From the NCBI GenBank assembly GCA_026770705.1, contig JANJGN010000146.1:186001-250000 (forward strand): a DNA stretch of 64,000 bases, in the 5' to 3' direction. The notes under the pieces are model-generated. The model made no database searches. It was not told the origin of the DNA and saw nothing but the letters and a program-made list of their open reading frames with translations. This DNA comes from Isurus oxyrinchus (Eukaryota). Below are positions 41,521 through 52,836 of this stretch, piece by piece (the first letter of the stretch is position 1; the number at the start of each line of letters is the position of its first letter). The position numbers and the translations under genes are program-made.

Positions 41521-41548
41521 TGTTTTCAAGGAAGCAATCGCGCTAGCA

Positions 41549-41562
41549 CTGCCATCTGATGG
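41549..41562 (-). promoter_or_regulatory. CTCF-like motif, reverse
   Basis: Reverse complement CCATCAGATGGCAG (1 mismatch), in flanks paralogous to the 9484 site. Confidence 0.5.
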
Positions 41563-42394
41563 CGAAAGATTGTCATTGATGTTACTGTAAAATGCCTTTA
41601 TCAGTTATTGTTTCTCATATTAGCGCATCTGAAAAAAAGCTACAAAGATATACAAGATCATTACATTCTACAGGGGGTGGCAAAGGATAAAAAAATGCAA
41701 AGAATTCCATCTGAGTGAAGCTTTGTTGTGCAAAGAAACATTAGCAAAAGGACAAAGTGGTTCAAACCCTGTTAATTTATATTAATGTATATTTATTGGC
41801 GTTAATTGAAGGGAGGAATTTTGATCAGGGACTGTGTGTGTGTGTGCGCGCGCGTGTGTGTACGTCTGTGTTTGTCTGACTGTATCTCTGTGTGTCTGTT
41901 TGTTTACTTGTGTGCCTGTGCTTGTTTGTCTAAACACATCTATCGTAATGTTTTTATGCGAATTCTGCAAAGGTAAATTATTATGTTTTCCTGTTATGAC
42001 CCAATATTCTACTCCCTTTGATTAAAAGTATAATTTTAGGTCCTGTAATAGCCTTAATGTGCATTGATTATCCATTTATTTTGTGCTCATATTTAGATCG
42101 CATTGTCCCACCGACCATTCCGTTACCAAGGCAATGTCTGTCTGTCCTCAGAAATCATTTGGAAAGATGATTAAATCGGAGCATGCATAACGTGTATGAA
42201 CACATTGTTCTTTGTGACAGATTGCTAGTTGATCATCAGCGCATAACACGGGACCCTGTAATGATTTCGGCACATTGCAGTAAAAGTGAGAATCTCACTA
42301 TACTTGAACTGAGATTAATAAAACAGTAATTCTCCTGACGTATTATTTCCTTCAGTCAGAAAGAAATCGAATTATATCCAAAAACAATTTGCAA

Positions 42395-42970
42395 CAATAT
42401 AGCACCTTTAAAGTCATAAATTGCTCCAAGCTGACTCACAAGACCATGAACAGACCAGGCTTGACACCGAGTCACATAAGGAGACACAAGGGCAGATGAC
42501 CATACATTAGGTCAACGATGTAACTTTTAGCGAGGAAATTAAAGGTGGAGAGAGAGAAAAGGGATTTATGAGTGAATTCCATGGCTTAGGGCCAAGGCAG
42601 TAGGCAACAAGTGATAAAATTCACGGATGCAAAAGATTTGAGAATTCGAGGAGGGAAGGGCTCTCGGAGGGCTATTAGGCTGAAGGATCTGATAGGGATG
42701 GGGATGTTGGTAGTGGGGGCGGAGGCAGAGGTGGTGGAGGCCATGGAGGGAGTTTAACAACTGTGATAATCTTATTACTGATGCATTCCTTAATCAAGAG
42801 CCGATTTTTATCAGGGACAACGGGGTTGACAGGCCAACGGGACTTGTGTGCATTAGGGTACGGGCAACAGCATTTGGCTTGAGCTCCTATTTATGGATGG
42901 TGGACTCTGAGAGGATGGTCAGGAAGCCATTGGAATATTCAGGTCTAGAGGTGACAAAGGGATGGATGGG
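42395..42970 (-). mobile_element. L2-type LINE 3' fragment, degenerate
   Basis: CTAGAGGTGACAAAGGGATGGATG, GGAGGCCATGGAGGGAGTT and 3' tail ...AACAATATAGCACCTTT; minus-strand SLHGL...LQP..P.R.L.SSNS remnant. Confidence 0.55.
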
Positions 42971-44859
42971 AGTTTTAGTCCACTGTCTTGTTATGATGAC
43001 CCAGAAACAGGGAATAATCAATTACGTTTCTGCTCCCATGTCTGTCGGTGTCTTATAGGGCCAGTAACAAGGAATCACTCCGAGGGATTGTGCTCGCTTG
43101 GCTGCTTGTGTCATATAAACACAGCAGCTGGAGATAATGCCCAGGGCTTGTGAATCAATGTGTGTCTGTGTGACTTGGGACCAGCCCCTTGGAATCATTA
43201 ACAAGACTTGTGATTAACGGGCACTTCGTATGAGATAATCCCTGCACCTAGAAGAAATTCCCAGGTTTTGAGCAACTAAACGGTCATCCAGGTTCTGGGG
43301 ACAATTCCCAGCGTTTATGTTCTCTGCTGAGTCTGCTAGGCCTACGTGTTTGATACTAATCCCAGGATCTATTCTCCGTGATGCTTCTAATATCCCCCAG
43401 TCTCTAGGAATCACATCCAGGGTTTGTGCACCCTAGAGCGTCAGGTGCACCACAGGCTCTCGGAATCATTCCTTTGGTTTCTGCCACAATAGCGTCATGC
43501 TCTGAGAATCATTCCTAGGATTCACACCCTGGTACTTCAGAGAGGATACAGGTTCTGGGAATCAATCTCAAGTTATTAATTCATTTGAAATGAAAGTCAA
43601 TATACCCAATGGAAAAGAACCTGGACTGCTTGGGCATATTGTTGCTGGGCAGATCTTTGTATAAAAACGCTCCTTTGCGAACACCTGGGTTCTTGTTGCC
43701 TTTCTATCAGCGGGCTGGAAACTGATTGTTGAAGTTTCTGCACAGCAGCCACAGATGTTTCCTGTCAATTGCAATGTGACTTATCGCTCCTCCCTGATGA
43801 TAGATTTCTGGGATCCTGCCAATTTCTGTGGAGCAGACATATGGGATGAACGTGTTATTCAACAAACTGGGAATAAATTCATCAGTTAATGAATCGTTAG
43901 GCAATGTCGATCTAAATTGTGTTTCTCATGAGATGATATTAAGAAAACTGCGTTTTGTGAATGGCATGTTCCAAACAGAAAAAATGTGAGATCAACAGTT
44001 TGGGATTTTAATTAATTAAGGCCAATTTGATTGTGATAATTGCGAAGTTCCTTTACAATCCTGTAGAAGGGAATGCCAGCTGAGCTGGTATCACACAGAA
44101 ACAAAGAACACATTAACTACAATGATACCAATATTTGATTCCTTAAATAAATTTCTACTTTACCCAATAACCTGCAGTTGGCAGAGCGACAGCCCCAGTC
44201 TGCAGACTGACTGCGAACTCAAATTATACACTGAAATGTTAGTACAATTATAATGGCAGGCTTTATAATTTCATATGTAACCTGTTGGTACAGTTTGTGT
44301 TGGCATCTGAAAAGCTGAACTTTAATTGCACAATAAATTCAATGATTTCTCTTCCTTGGTGAAAATTAACAACTTTAAAAAAAATCAAACTCGTGATGCC
44401 CCAAATCTCTGAATATAATTTCTGGTTCAGTGGTTACAGCCTGATCGATATTGTTTTATCTGCATTGCTAAATATCCCCATGGTTTGTGGGATGCATATG
44501 TCGCATCAATAAGAAAGCTAGGCACGGTGATTTAATTCTCAACTAAATAGGGTTCGGCTGGACTATGCAGTCTTACCACACAAACACTCCTTGGTGTAAG
44601 TCTCAACGTCTCCCATTTAGAATCGTTCAGTGTGAAATGAAAGAGCAATATTCAGACTGGTGAACTGAGATCCTGTGGAAAATTGATTCACCAGGAATTG
44701 TTTTAAAGTGAAGCTGCACATTTTACGATGGATTATATCTGAAATTAAGTGATATTACTCCGAAACATTTCATGTTAGTGGACAAATATCATCGCTTTCT
44801 CTGGACAAATATCAGTAACATTTGTATGTTCTGTCCCACAGGTAGAGAAAAATGGAAAT

Positions 44860-45262
44860 AAGAAAGACTTGCAGTTACACATTGCATTTCACAACCACAG
44901 GTTACCTTATAGCTCTTCAAAGGCAATGAAGATTTTCTATTTCTAAATATATAATCAACAACGTAGTGCATGGAAACGTGGCCATGAATTCACGCACAGC
45001 AAGATCCAATACACTGCACTGCGATAAATCACCAGATAATCTGATTTTGGGATGTTGCCTGAGTGATAAATATTGGCCTTGGACACAGGGGAGATCTCTC
45101 CTGATCTTTGAAATAATTCCATGGGAGCGTTTACATTCATCTGAGAGGAATTGGACACTTAGCACATGTGAGGTGTTTATTGGGAATGCAAAGATTCGCG
45201 CTGAATCAATTTAAAACTGAGGCTGCTTTGGAAAGAGAGTGTCTCATCCCAAAGCATTAACA
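44860..45262 (-). mobile_element. Deu-domain SINE (SacSINE1/AmnSINE-like) just upstream of the VH promoter
   Basis: Minus strand carries ...GTCCAAGGCCAATATTTATC.CTCA...CAGATTATCTGG...GGATCTTGCTGTGCG.AATT..GC..GTTTCC... and tail TGCAAGTCTTTC. Confidence 0.65.
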
Positions 45263-45439
45263 GACAATCTAAAAAGATACGTTTGTGGAACACGGAATAT
45301 TAATGGTTAATCATTGTTTATACAGCTGGACTCAGACAGGAAAAAGGAGGAGGAGCCAGGCTGTTAACTGGGGGAGGAGAGTGACTCCCATTCTCCAGCT
45401 TTGTCTCTCTCTCTCTCTCTCTTATTTGACTCTAGCTGG

Positions 45440-45447
45440 TATAAATA
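45440..45447 (+). promoter_or_regulatory. VH promoter TATA box
   Basis: TATAAATA about 90 nt upstream of the leader ATG. Confidence 0.7.
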
Positions 45448-45537
45448 GCGGGACGGTTCAGCTCCTGGTTCACAATCCGCAGGTGTCACTGCGACGGAGA
45501 GTAACGCTCCTGAATCAGTTATACCTAGAGACTGAAG

Positions 45538-45583
45538 ATGGGATTTGCGCTGTGCCTTTGCTTCTTATTGGCTTGCTTCACCT
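45538..45583 (+). CDS. IGHV: IgH V leader exon (MGFALCLCFLLACFT-)
   Basis: ATG at 45538, 15 hydrophobic codons + 1 nt, then GTGAGT donor. Phase-1 splice to 45709 gives ...CFT-Y-VQS, a typical Ig signal peptide end. Confidence 0.93.
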
Positions 45584-45708
45584 GTGAGTATTCCTGACTG
45601 TATAAGTGATACAATAAAGTCTGCTTCTTGTCTGATATCGTGTTGCTATTTAAGTTCAATGATTTGATTGTTTTCTAATGTAATTACATTTTTTCCATTC
45701 GCTAACAG

Positions 45709-46010
45709 ATGTCCAATCCGCCATTGTGCTGACTCAGCCGGCTGCAGAGACCGCTAAGCCGGGACAATCTCGCAAACTGTCCTGTTCGGTGAGCGGGTTC
45801 AGTCTGGACAGCTACTATGTGAACTGGGTTAAACAAGTTCCTGGGAAAGGGCTGGAGTGGCTCCTTGCTTACAGAAAACCCTCGGATACCACGTATTACG
45901 CGCCTGGAGTCGAAGGTCGAATCATCCCATCAAGAACTTCGTCCACAACTTACATTGAGATCAAAAATCTGAGAACCGAAGACACCGCGAGGTATTACTG
46001 TGCAGGAGGC
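45709..46010 (+). CDS. IGHV: Immunoglobulin heavy-chain V exon, open; IgW-like FR2/FR3
   Basis: After acceptor ctaacAG: VQSAIVLTQPAAETAKPGQSRKLSCSVSGFSLDSYYVNWVKQVPGKGLEWLLAYRKPSDTTYYAPGVEGRIIPSRTSSTTYIEIKNLRTEDTARYYCAG. Conserved C, W, GLEW and YYC; immediately followed by an RSS. Confidence 0.97.
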
Positions 46011-46049
46011 CACAGCGAACTGAACAAGCCCAGAACTTGTACATAAACC
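46011..46049 (+). other. VH 3' RSS, 23-bp spacer
   Basis: CACAGCG (46011-46017) + 23 nt + ACATAAACC (46041-46049). Confidence 0.95.
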
Positions 46050-46405
46050 ACAGAAGAATAATTACAGCGAATCATAGGTCAGTATTAGCTCAAAATAGGT
46101 TAAGAGATGTGTTTGAACCTCGATTGAAAAGTTACATTTTCCAAGGAAATAAAGTGGTGAATAATAAAAACCAAAAATGACTAACTCTGTATATTAAAGA
46201 GCATAGATACCGCTTAGAATGTGCACAACTGATGACTAGGAGCCAAATGGAAATATTAACAAATTATTAGGTGAATGGGGATAATTTTAGCCCAAAGTTC
46301 TGCTCCTGAGTAAAACTCTTGGATGAATTGCAATCAAAATCTACAAACCTTCTGCTGACTGAAAGGTTTTATTTATACACTGACTCACAGTCAGTGTGTG
46401 AGAGC

Positions 46406-46485
46406 AGTATTTGTGCCGGCTTGTGTCACTGTGTTACTACATTGGGTCACGGTGCTGTGTATAGCGAACTCCTCATACAAATACC
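46406..46485 (+). other. IGHD: D1 segment (coding 46434-46447, TTACTACATTGGGT) with 5' 12-RSS and 3' 22-RSS
   Basis: AGTATTTGT-12-CACTGTG | 14-nt D | CACGGTG-22-ACAAATACC. Matches the shark IgM D1 arrangement. Confidence 0.92.
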
Positions 46486-46800
46486 CCAGAGAGGGAGTTT
46501 GATCAAATCTGCGATCCGTATCACAGCAGGAAAATCAAATAAAATAAATATGACCAACAATAAGGGTTTGAAGGAACACTGAATTACGAAAAATGTATAA
46601 AAGTCTCCATTTTTTACTAATTTTGATTGTCTTGCTAAATAGGGGCACAGATGTTAAAGGCATATTTCGGTCCGTTTATAAACATAATGAAAAATTCTAA
46701 CTGAAATATCACAGTGATGTATTCCTCGAGTATTCAGTATCAGGTTTCTCAGGCCGCTGTGGATTTGAATCTCTGTATTTCTCATTTAACAGTCCGCCGC

Positions 46801-46870
46801 ATTTTTTGTCATGGTGCGTCTCACAGTGATACAACTGGATGGCACAGCCGTTACTGTTAATGCAAAAACC
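46801..46870 (+). other. IGHD: D2 segment (coding 46829-46842, ATACAACTGGATGG) with 12-RSS on both sides
   Basis: ATTTTTTGT-12-CACAGTG | 14-nt D | CACAGCC-12-GCAAAAACC. Matches the shark IgM D2 arrangement. Confidence 0.92.
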
Positions 46871-47193
46871 TCATCGGGGCTAATTGATTGCATTTCGGTC
46901 GATGCATTTTGTTTTTTTACAATACAACCATTTTAACCAAAGCCCAAACTGTGCCTGGAGCTTCCCAATTGACAGGTTTCAAGAGGTGCTAGTGTGTTAA
47001 TTATTAAATCATTGGCTGCTGCTTTCAATGCATGATCATCAGTTACTCTGTGAAATACAGAAAAAGTGTAATTTATAAACTTTAGAAATTCTTTAACAAA
47101 TTTACTATTTTGATAAAGCAGGTCATGATTTTACTCTGCCTCTCCGCTCGGAATTTAAACTAATATTGAATTTCTCCCCTTGTGTGCAGAACT

Positions 47194-47232
47194 GGTTATT
47201 GTGTGACCCAGACCAGCGAATGTAACACTGTG
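47194..47232 (+). other. JH 5' RSS, 23-bp spacer
   Basis: GGTTATTGT (47194-47202) + 23 nt + CACTGTG (47226-47232). Confidence 0.95.
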
Positions 47233-47280
47233 ACTATGCTGGCTACTGGGGACAAGGGACCATGGTGACGGTGACTGCAG
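47233..47280 (+). CDS. IGHJ: JH segment (YAGYWGQGTMVTVTA), IgM type
   Basis: WGQG motif, shark IgM-like TMVTVT, followed by the GTAAGA donor at 47281. Confidence 0.96.
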
Positions 47281-49157
47281 GTAAGAAACATGCCTTCATT
47301 CTGTGCTGTTGGATTTGCTTCATTGTCTCATATTTGTTTATTTTAGACATTAATGTGTTAACCGAAACTTTGCATTGGTGGATTCTGTGTTTACAATGTT
47401 TCATTTAATTCTGCCGCAAAGGGATTTAACAATTGCTTCTCGGCAAAAAAAAAACAATGGGAGTTTTAAGGACTTGTTTGAGTGATTTGTCTTTTTTCTG
47501 CTGATGAGGTTTTGTGCCTGGCTTACTTTAAATATTTGAGTTTTGTTAAAGAATTTGGTGTTTCTACTGCTGCAAGTTTTGTAATCGACTGAAAGTATTG
47601 TGTTTAAAAGTGTTGGAAATAAGATTGTAGACAGGAAACCGAGTGCTATCAAGGTCAAAATGTCTTTTTAAGCTATGGATTTTATAATAAATGTTTGTCA
47701 TGTTTATTTGTGTTAACTGCGCTGAAAAATATCAATATAAGGTTGACGAACTTTCACCTTAAATAAGTGAAATGCTACGATAAGTAGGAACAACAGAGTT
47801 AACAAATTTCCTGCCAGAATCAGGCTTAAAATAATACAACTTGAAACATTGTAATGCTGTAATATTCCTCCCCATATTACTAAAGTATACCGTGAAATCA
47901 AACAATGCATTAAACATGACCCATCGAAATACAATTCTTCTGCCATTGTTTCATATTTCTGTTTATTTTAATAAATGACTTGTTCAATGAAAGATGATTT
48001 CAGTGCGATGTATTGAGGTTTATTTGAAATGTTGCATCTGATTCTGCTGAAAGGACTTAGGTAATTAAGCAGTTGTTGGATTCAGTCCCTCGGTGTTCTG
48101 ATTTGGTGCTAAGTGCTAAGGAGAGTATGTGCCTTGGGTTACTTTGAACAGTTAAAGCTCGTGGAACTGTTTGATGATTCTACAACGTGTAATATCGATC
48201 ACATCAAACATGTGTTGGTTATGTGCTTAAACCATTGTGAAGGAGGGTTATAGTTACAAAGCAAACAGGCTTTTTAATCAATATTGAAAGATATATTGAT
48301 GCATTTTTATTTCAGTGCCAATTGCAGATTGAACAATTAATATTTTGTTTCTGATACTCCTATTTAATACTTGAGGTAATAATGCAATGCTAAAGTACAT
48401 AACCAGCGAAGTTCAACTGTGATGGGGAGTTAAATGAATATAACTCAAACGACTATAATGCGACAATATTTCCCAAGATTACAACAATAAAAAATAATAT
48501 TGTTAGACATTTAGCAGATAATCTGTGCTATCCACAACAATGCTGCAAAACGCAGCACAATTAATAGCAGCCGGACAAATGCAAAGGTTCCAGCAATTTC
48601 CATTCTTTTTTTTTAATATAATACACACTGATCGCACTGCAGTATTTAGTTCAAACAGTGATTTTAAATTAATTGGTTCCTCCCTGGTTTATGCAGGTTG
48701 AAAGGTGCTAATTATTTATCAATATTAAATGCGTTTCAGCTGGCTAATTTAATATATCTGCCGGGTTGTTGAACCTTTGCTGTGCAGCCAAACAGTTCCT
48801 TGAATTTTAGCCCATTATCACTAAGCTAATCTTAAACGGTTTGCAGTTAATGAATTGCTCAATAATACTCAAATTCAAAGAAAGTTCAGAATGCATAAGG
48901 CTGGAGATGGACAAACATTGCTATTGAAGCAGGTTGGCTGAATTATAAATGTAACTTCTGAATTGAAGAACAGCAATGAATCTTGCAGAGCTGTGAGATA
49001 TCCGGGTTGAATTAAATGGGAGCTACCTTTAATTCTCATTAAAATCGTTCTGTTTGCTCGCAGAGTTTCAGTGTCTCGGGTGATGCAAAGGAATTGTTAT
49101 CTCGCAGTTCTGCATTGATGATTGTGGATCTTCATTTCAATAAGTAGCATTATATAT

Positions 49158-49360
49158 TTAAACAGAAAATGCTGAATAAAACCTCAGCATGACTGGCAGC
49201 ATCTGTCCATGGAGAAGCAGAGATCTGAAGAAGAGTCCTACCGATTCGAAATGCTAAGTCTGTTTCTCTCTCCACTGATGCTGCCAGACGTGCTGAGTTT
49301 TGCCAGCATTTTCCGTTTTTATATCAGATTTCCAACATCCGCCGCATTTTATTTTCATTA
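49158..49360. mobile_element. Hairpin element (same family as 24564) in the J-CH1 intron
   Basis: Inverted arms CTCAGCATGACTGGCAGCATC / GATGCTGCCAGACGTGCTGAG; internal CTGAAGA-stem-GAAA. Confidence 0.7.
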
Positions 49361-51584
49361 TATATTTGAAACTCATTTACGTGTAGATTACGGGAATGGT
49401 ATATCAAAGCTTGGCTGTATTATTATCTAGGGGAGGCTCCGATAATGGCTACAAACGGGCAGGGATACATTAATTATTAAAAATAAAACTGCTGTTGAAA
49501 TGTGGGATGATATTTAAACTCCAGAGTCCTGCTTCAGTGACTTGAGGATGATGCACTCCATTTTTTATTACCGATATGAGTACCCGAATAGTGTTTGAAC
49601 AATTTTAAGCTGCCTACTTATAAATCTATCATGTGAAATACACGTTTAGAACAGAAGAGCTTTTATGTCGTGCCAACATAATCACAAACATGAAAACTTT
49701 ACCAGAGTGTAGGTATAGGACCACCTTCTTATAATTTTTGGTCATCTTAATTTATTAAAAGTAATATAATGTATTTGTCCGAAAGTGTATGGAATTATTT
49801 ATTTAATTTTACAAGTGTCACCTTAATTTAAATAAGCCTATTATTAACAAGAGACAAATCAGAAGGAGAATAGAATTATTAACAAATTTGGCATAATGGT
49901 GTTAAATATCACCAATATGAAAATAGAGTCTAAGTTCAGTACGAATTCATTACAAAAAAATCTCTCAAATGTGCTGCGCTGAGTCCAGGATTAAAGTTAA
50001 AACTCATGGTGGAGAATTTTTTTAAATTATTTTCAATTAACTTGGAAAGCAACATGTTTCTTAGTCAACTGCCATCAGCTCCATTGGATGTTGCTGTACA
50101 ATTTAATTAATTATCTTCGTGTTTTGCCTCAGCAGTTTCCATGATTATATATTAATCTGTAAGTATGTCAGTGAATAATAGGAGTACAGTGTAAATATCT
50201 CCCAATTTGTTAAATTCTTGCTCTGTTACAATGTCCCTGTTAGAGACATAAATTACCATGAATGTAAATTATTTTGATGAACCTGTTCTCAGCCAAACTA
50301 ACTCTAAGGCTGTTGTGAAAACTGCACACAGACAGGGAGAAATTAAGGCCCATCAAAGGGAATTTTTCCATTTAGAATCAGAATAATTTCACAGAAGTGA
50401 CGTGGTCATAAATTTACAAACGTTTTAATCTATTCAAACGGATTAATGGATACTGGAGAAATCTATCTTTAATAGACTGATTTTTGCATCGTTAATGTCT
50501 GTTCTGTTTCTATGTGTGTGGTCACTGTGTGGGAATCGGGAGCCTTCTGGCTGTTTGTGAACTTCCTGGTTCATTGTCCTGTAATTCAGGGAATTCATTT
50601 CGAACCATTTATTTAAGAAGTTTGTATATCCGAGAAAGGTGCAAATCTGTTCTAAAGTTTGAGAAGGTGCCTCAGAAATCAGATCAGTATTCCAGTTTGT
50701 GGAATTCAGAAGGAAAGCAAAATGTAGAAAGATATTTTTCTGTTCAGTGTTTGCTGTATCAGAGCCGGTGGTTTGTTGATGGTCCAGTCTAAGCACAAGT
50801 TTTAACTAACAATGCGGAATAGAGGGCGTTTTAGAATGCATCCCACCATTACTGTTCCTGAAATACAGCGCTTCACAGGACTGTGCAAAGAGACTTTTAG
50901 TATAATTCACTTGTTCTGTATCTGACATGAGAGTGTTGGCATTGTCAATGGTCAAGGAACTTTAACCACTATCAAACATATTAATTGCTCCGAATTAGAT
51001 ATGTAAAAGTAAATGCTTAAATTCCTCCAATGAAGTAGCAGATCGTTAATTTAACGTACATTTCATTCTTAAAAAAAAGCTAAGTTTGTGATGAAGGCTT
51101 GATGATTAAACATTTTCAATATGAGATAATATTTGAATCAGATTGGCCTGATCTAAAGCTCAATTTCAGGACAGTTACAGGAAGTGACGGTAACGTTACC
51201 TTCTGCGATATGATCGAATCTGAAAATAAATTGATCAACTTAAATGGACATTATGGTGCCTTACCCCGTGTCTCATACAAACTACGGTGGGAAGGAAAGC
51301 TGGAAAAATATGAGTTTAACTTAACTCAATGCACAACCTGATTCCAACTGCCCGAAGGACATTTGATGAACTATCAGAGAGGCAGTTTTACTCTTGTTCC
51401 AAGGGCTTTACTAGGGCTGTGGGTTTTATGTGGAACTTCAATGTTCTTCTATCTTGTATCTAATCAGTACAGTCTGTGAACTGTAAACATTTGATTATGT
51501 GGTGGAGATGAAACACCTTTTTCTGGACATGTATCTATTCATGCATCCATTTTTCATCCAACGATGCAAAGATCGATATATTGA

Positions 51585-52045
51585 ATGGTCTATCTATCTA
51601 TCTATCGATCGATCTGTCTTTCTACATATCTGTCTACCTGCCTATCATGTCTATCTGTCTATCTCTCTCTCTCTCTATCTTCTATCACTCTCTATCTCTA
51701 TCTCTTTCTATCTCTCTCTCTCTCTATCTATCTATCTATCCAACCATCTGTTTCTCTGCCTGTCTCTCTCNNNNNNNNNNNNNNNNNNNNNNNNNNNNNN
51801 NNNNNNNNNNNNNNNNNNNNNNNNNNNNNNNNNNNNNNNNNNNNNNNNNNNNNNNNNNNNNNNNNNNNNNNNNNNNNNNNNNNNNNNNNNNNNNNNNNNN
51901 NNNNNNNNNNNNNNNNNNNNNNNNNNNNNNNNNNNNNNNNNNNNNNNNNNNNNNNNNNNNNNNNNNNNNNNNNNNNNNNNNNNNNNNNNNNATTTATCTA
52001 TCTACCGATCTCTTTAACTCTCTATCTATCTATCTATCTGTTTAT
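51585..52045. repeat. (TCTA)n/(TC)n microsatellite containing an assembly gap (N 51771-51991)
   Basis: Directly visible. Confidence 0.95.
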
Positions 52046-52836
52046 CTAACCAAGATAGCTGATAATAATTGATTATTTGTAAACATCATTGTGCATTGGC
52101 AAATTTGGAGAGTTAATTCAGAATTGTGATAGACCGAAAGCTAACTATCCATGCTATCAAATAGTCTCATTGAACAATTCTGGGTCATGCTTTATAAAAG
52201 TGCTAAAAAATTGCCTGTAAGTAATGAAACTAGTCGATCCACCCGTTGGAGTTACATAATCTTTAGAGCAAATGCTGCCAAGCATCATCCAAGTTTATCC
52301 TCTGAAAACGACAACGTGTTGATCATGAAACTAGAATAGATTTGTGTAATAACCCCTCTGGCTCACTGATGTCCTTCCTGGAAGATAATCGGCCATCCTG
52401 GCCCAGAGATAGCTAACTGTTTCTGTATTACAATAGTCATTTGCTGGTGATAAGAGGTTGATAGTAAAATACTTTAAGCGAGAGCTCATTGGAAATAATG
52501 TGGAAGCGTGTAAAGTGAAAGTGTTTGAGGAATGATTGATGTTTTCTTCAATAGAGGAGCAAGGGCTGGAGGAAGCCCAGGTTACAATATCCCGTATTTA
52601 ACTCGCAATTATGTGGCCTCATGTAAAGTATTTCCCTTTTCCGACTTGTGCAACATCTTGTGTACAAGACTGGCCATCATGGCAGCGTGTCCTGTCGGGC
52701 ATATCAACTCCTAAATGCAGTTTATTACCAGGATATTTTGGAAATTAATTATATCAATATTAAACTTCGAACAATTTGCTTATTTCATAATCACGAATCA
52801 CATTTTTAAGTTGTTCAATTGACTCTTAATTCGCAG

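Noticed and set aside
46365-46392. GGTTTTATT-12-CACAGTC before D1, as a possible third D
   Set aside because: The heptamer lacks the essential terminal GTG and there is no 3' RSS.
46710-46716. Perfect CACAGTG between D1 and D2 (also CACTGTG at 50523)
   Set aside because: No nonamer at 12 or 23 spacing on either side.
51499-52072. Three ORFs with X runs
   Set aside because: Artefacts of the N gap and microsatellite.
47281-52836. Classical switch (S) region in the J-C intron
   Set aside because: No G-rich or AGCT-dense tandem array is visible; the 221-nt gap sits within a TCTA microsatellite.
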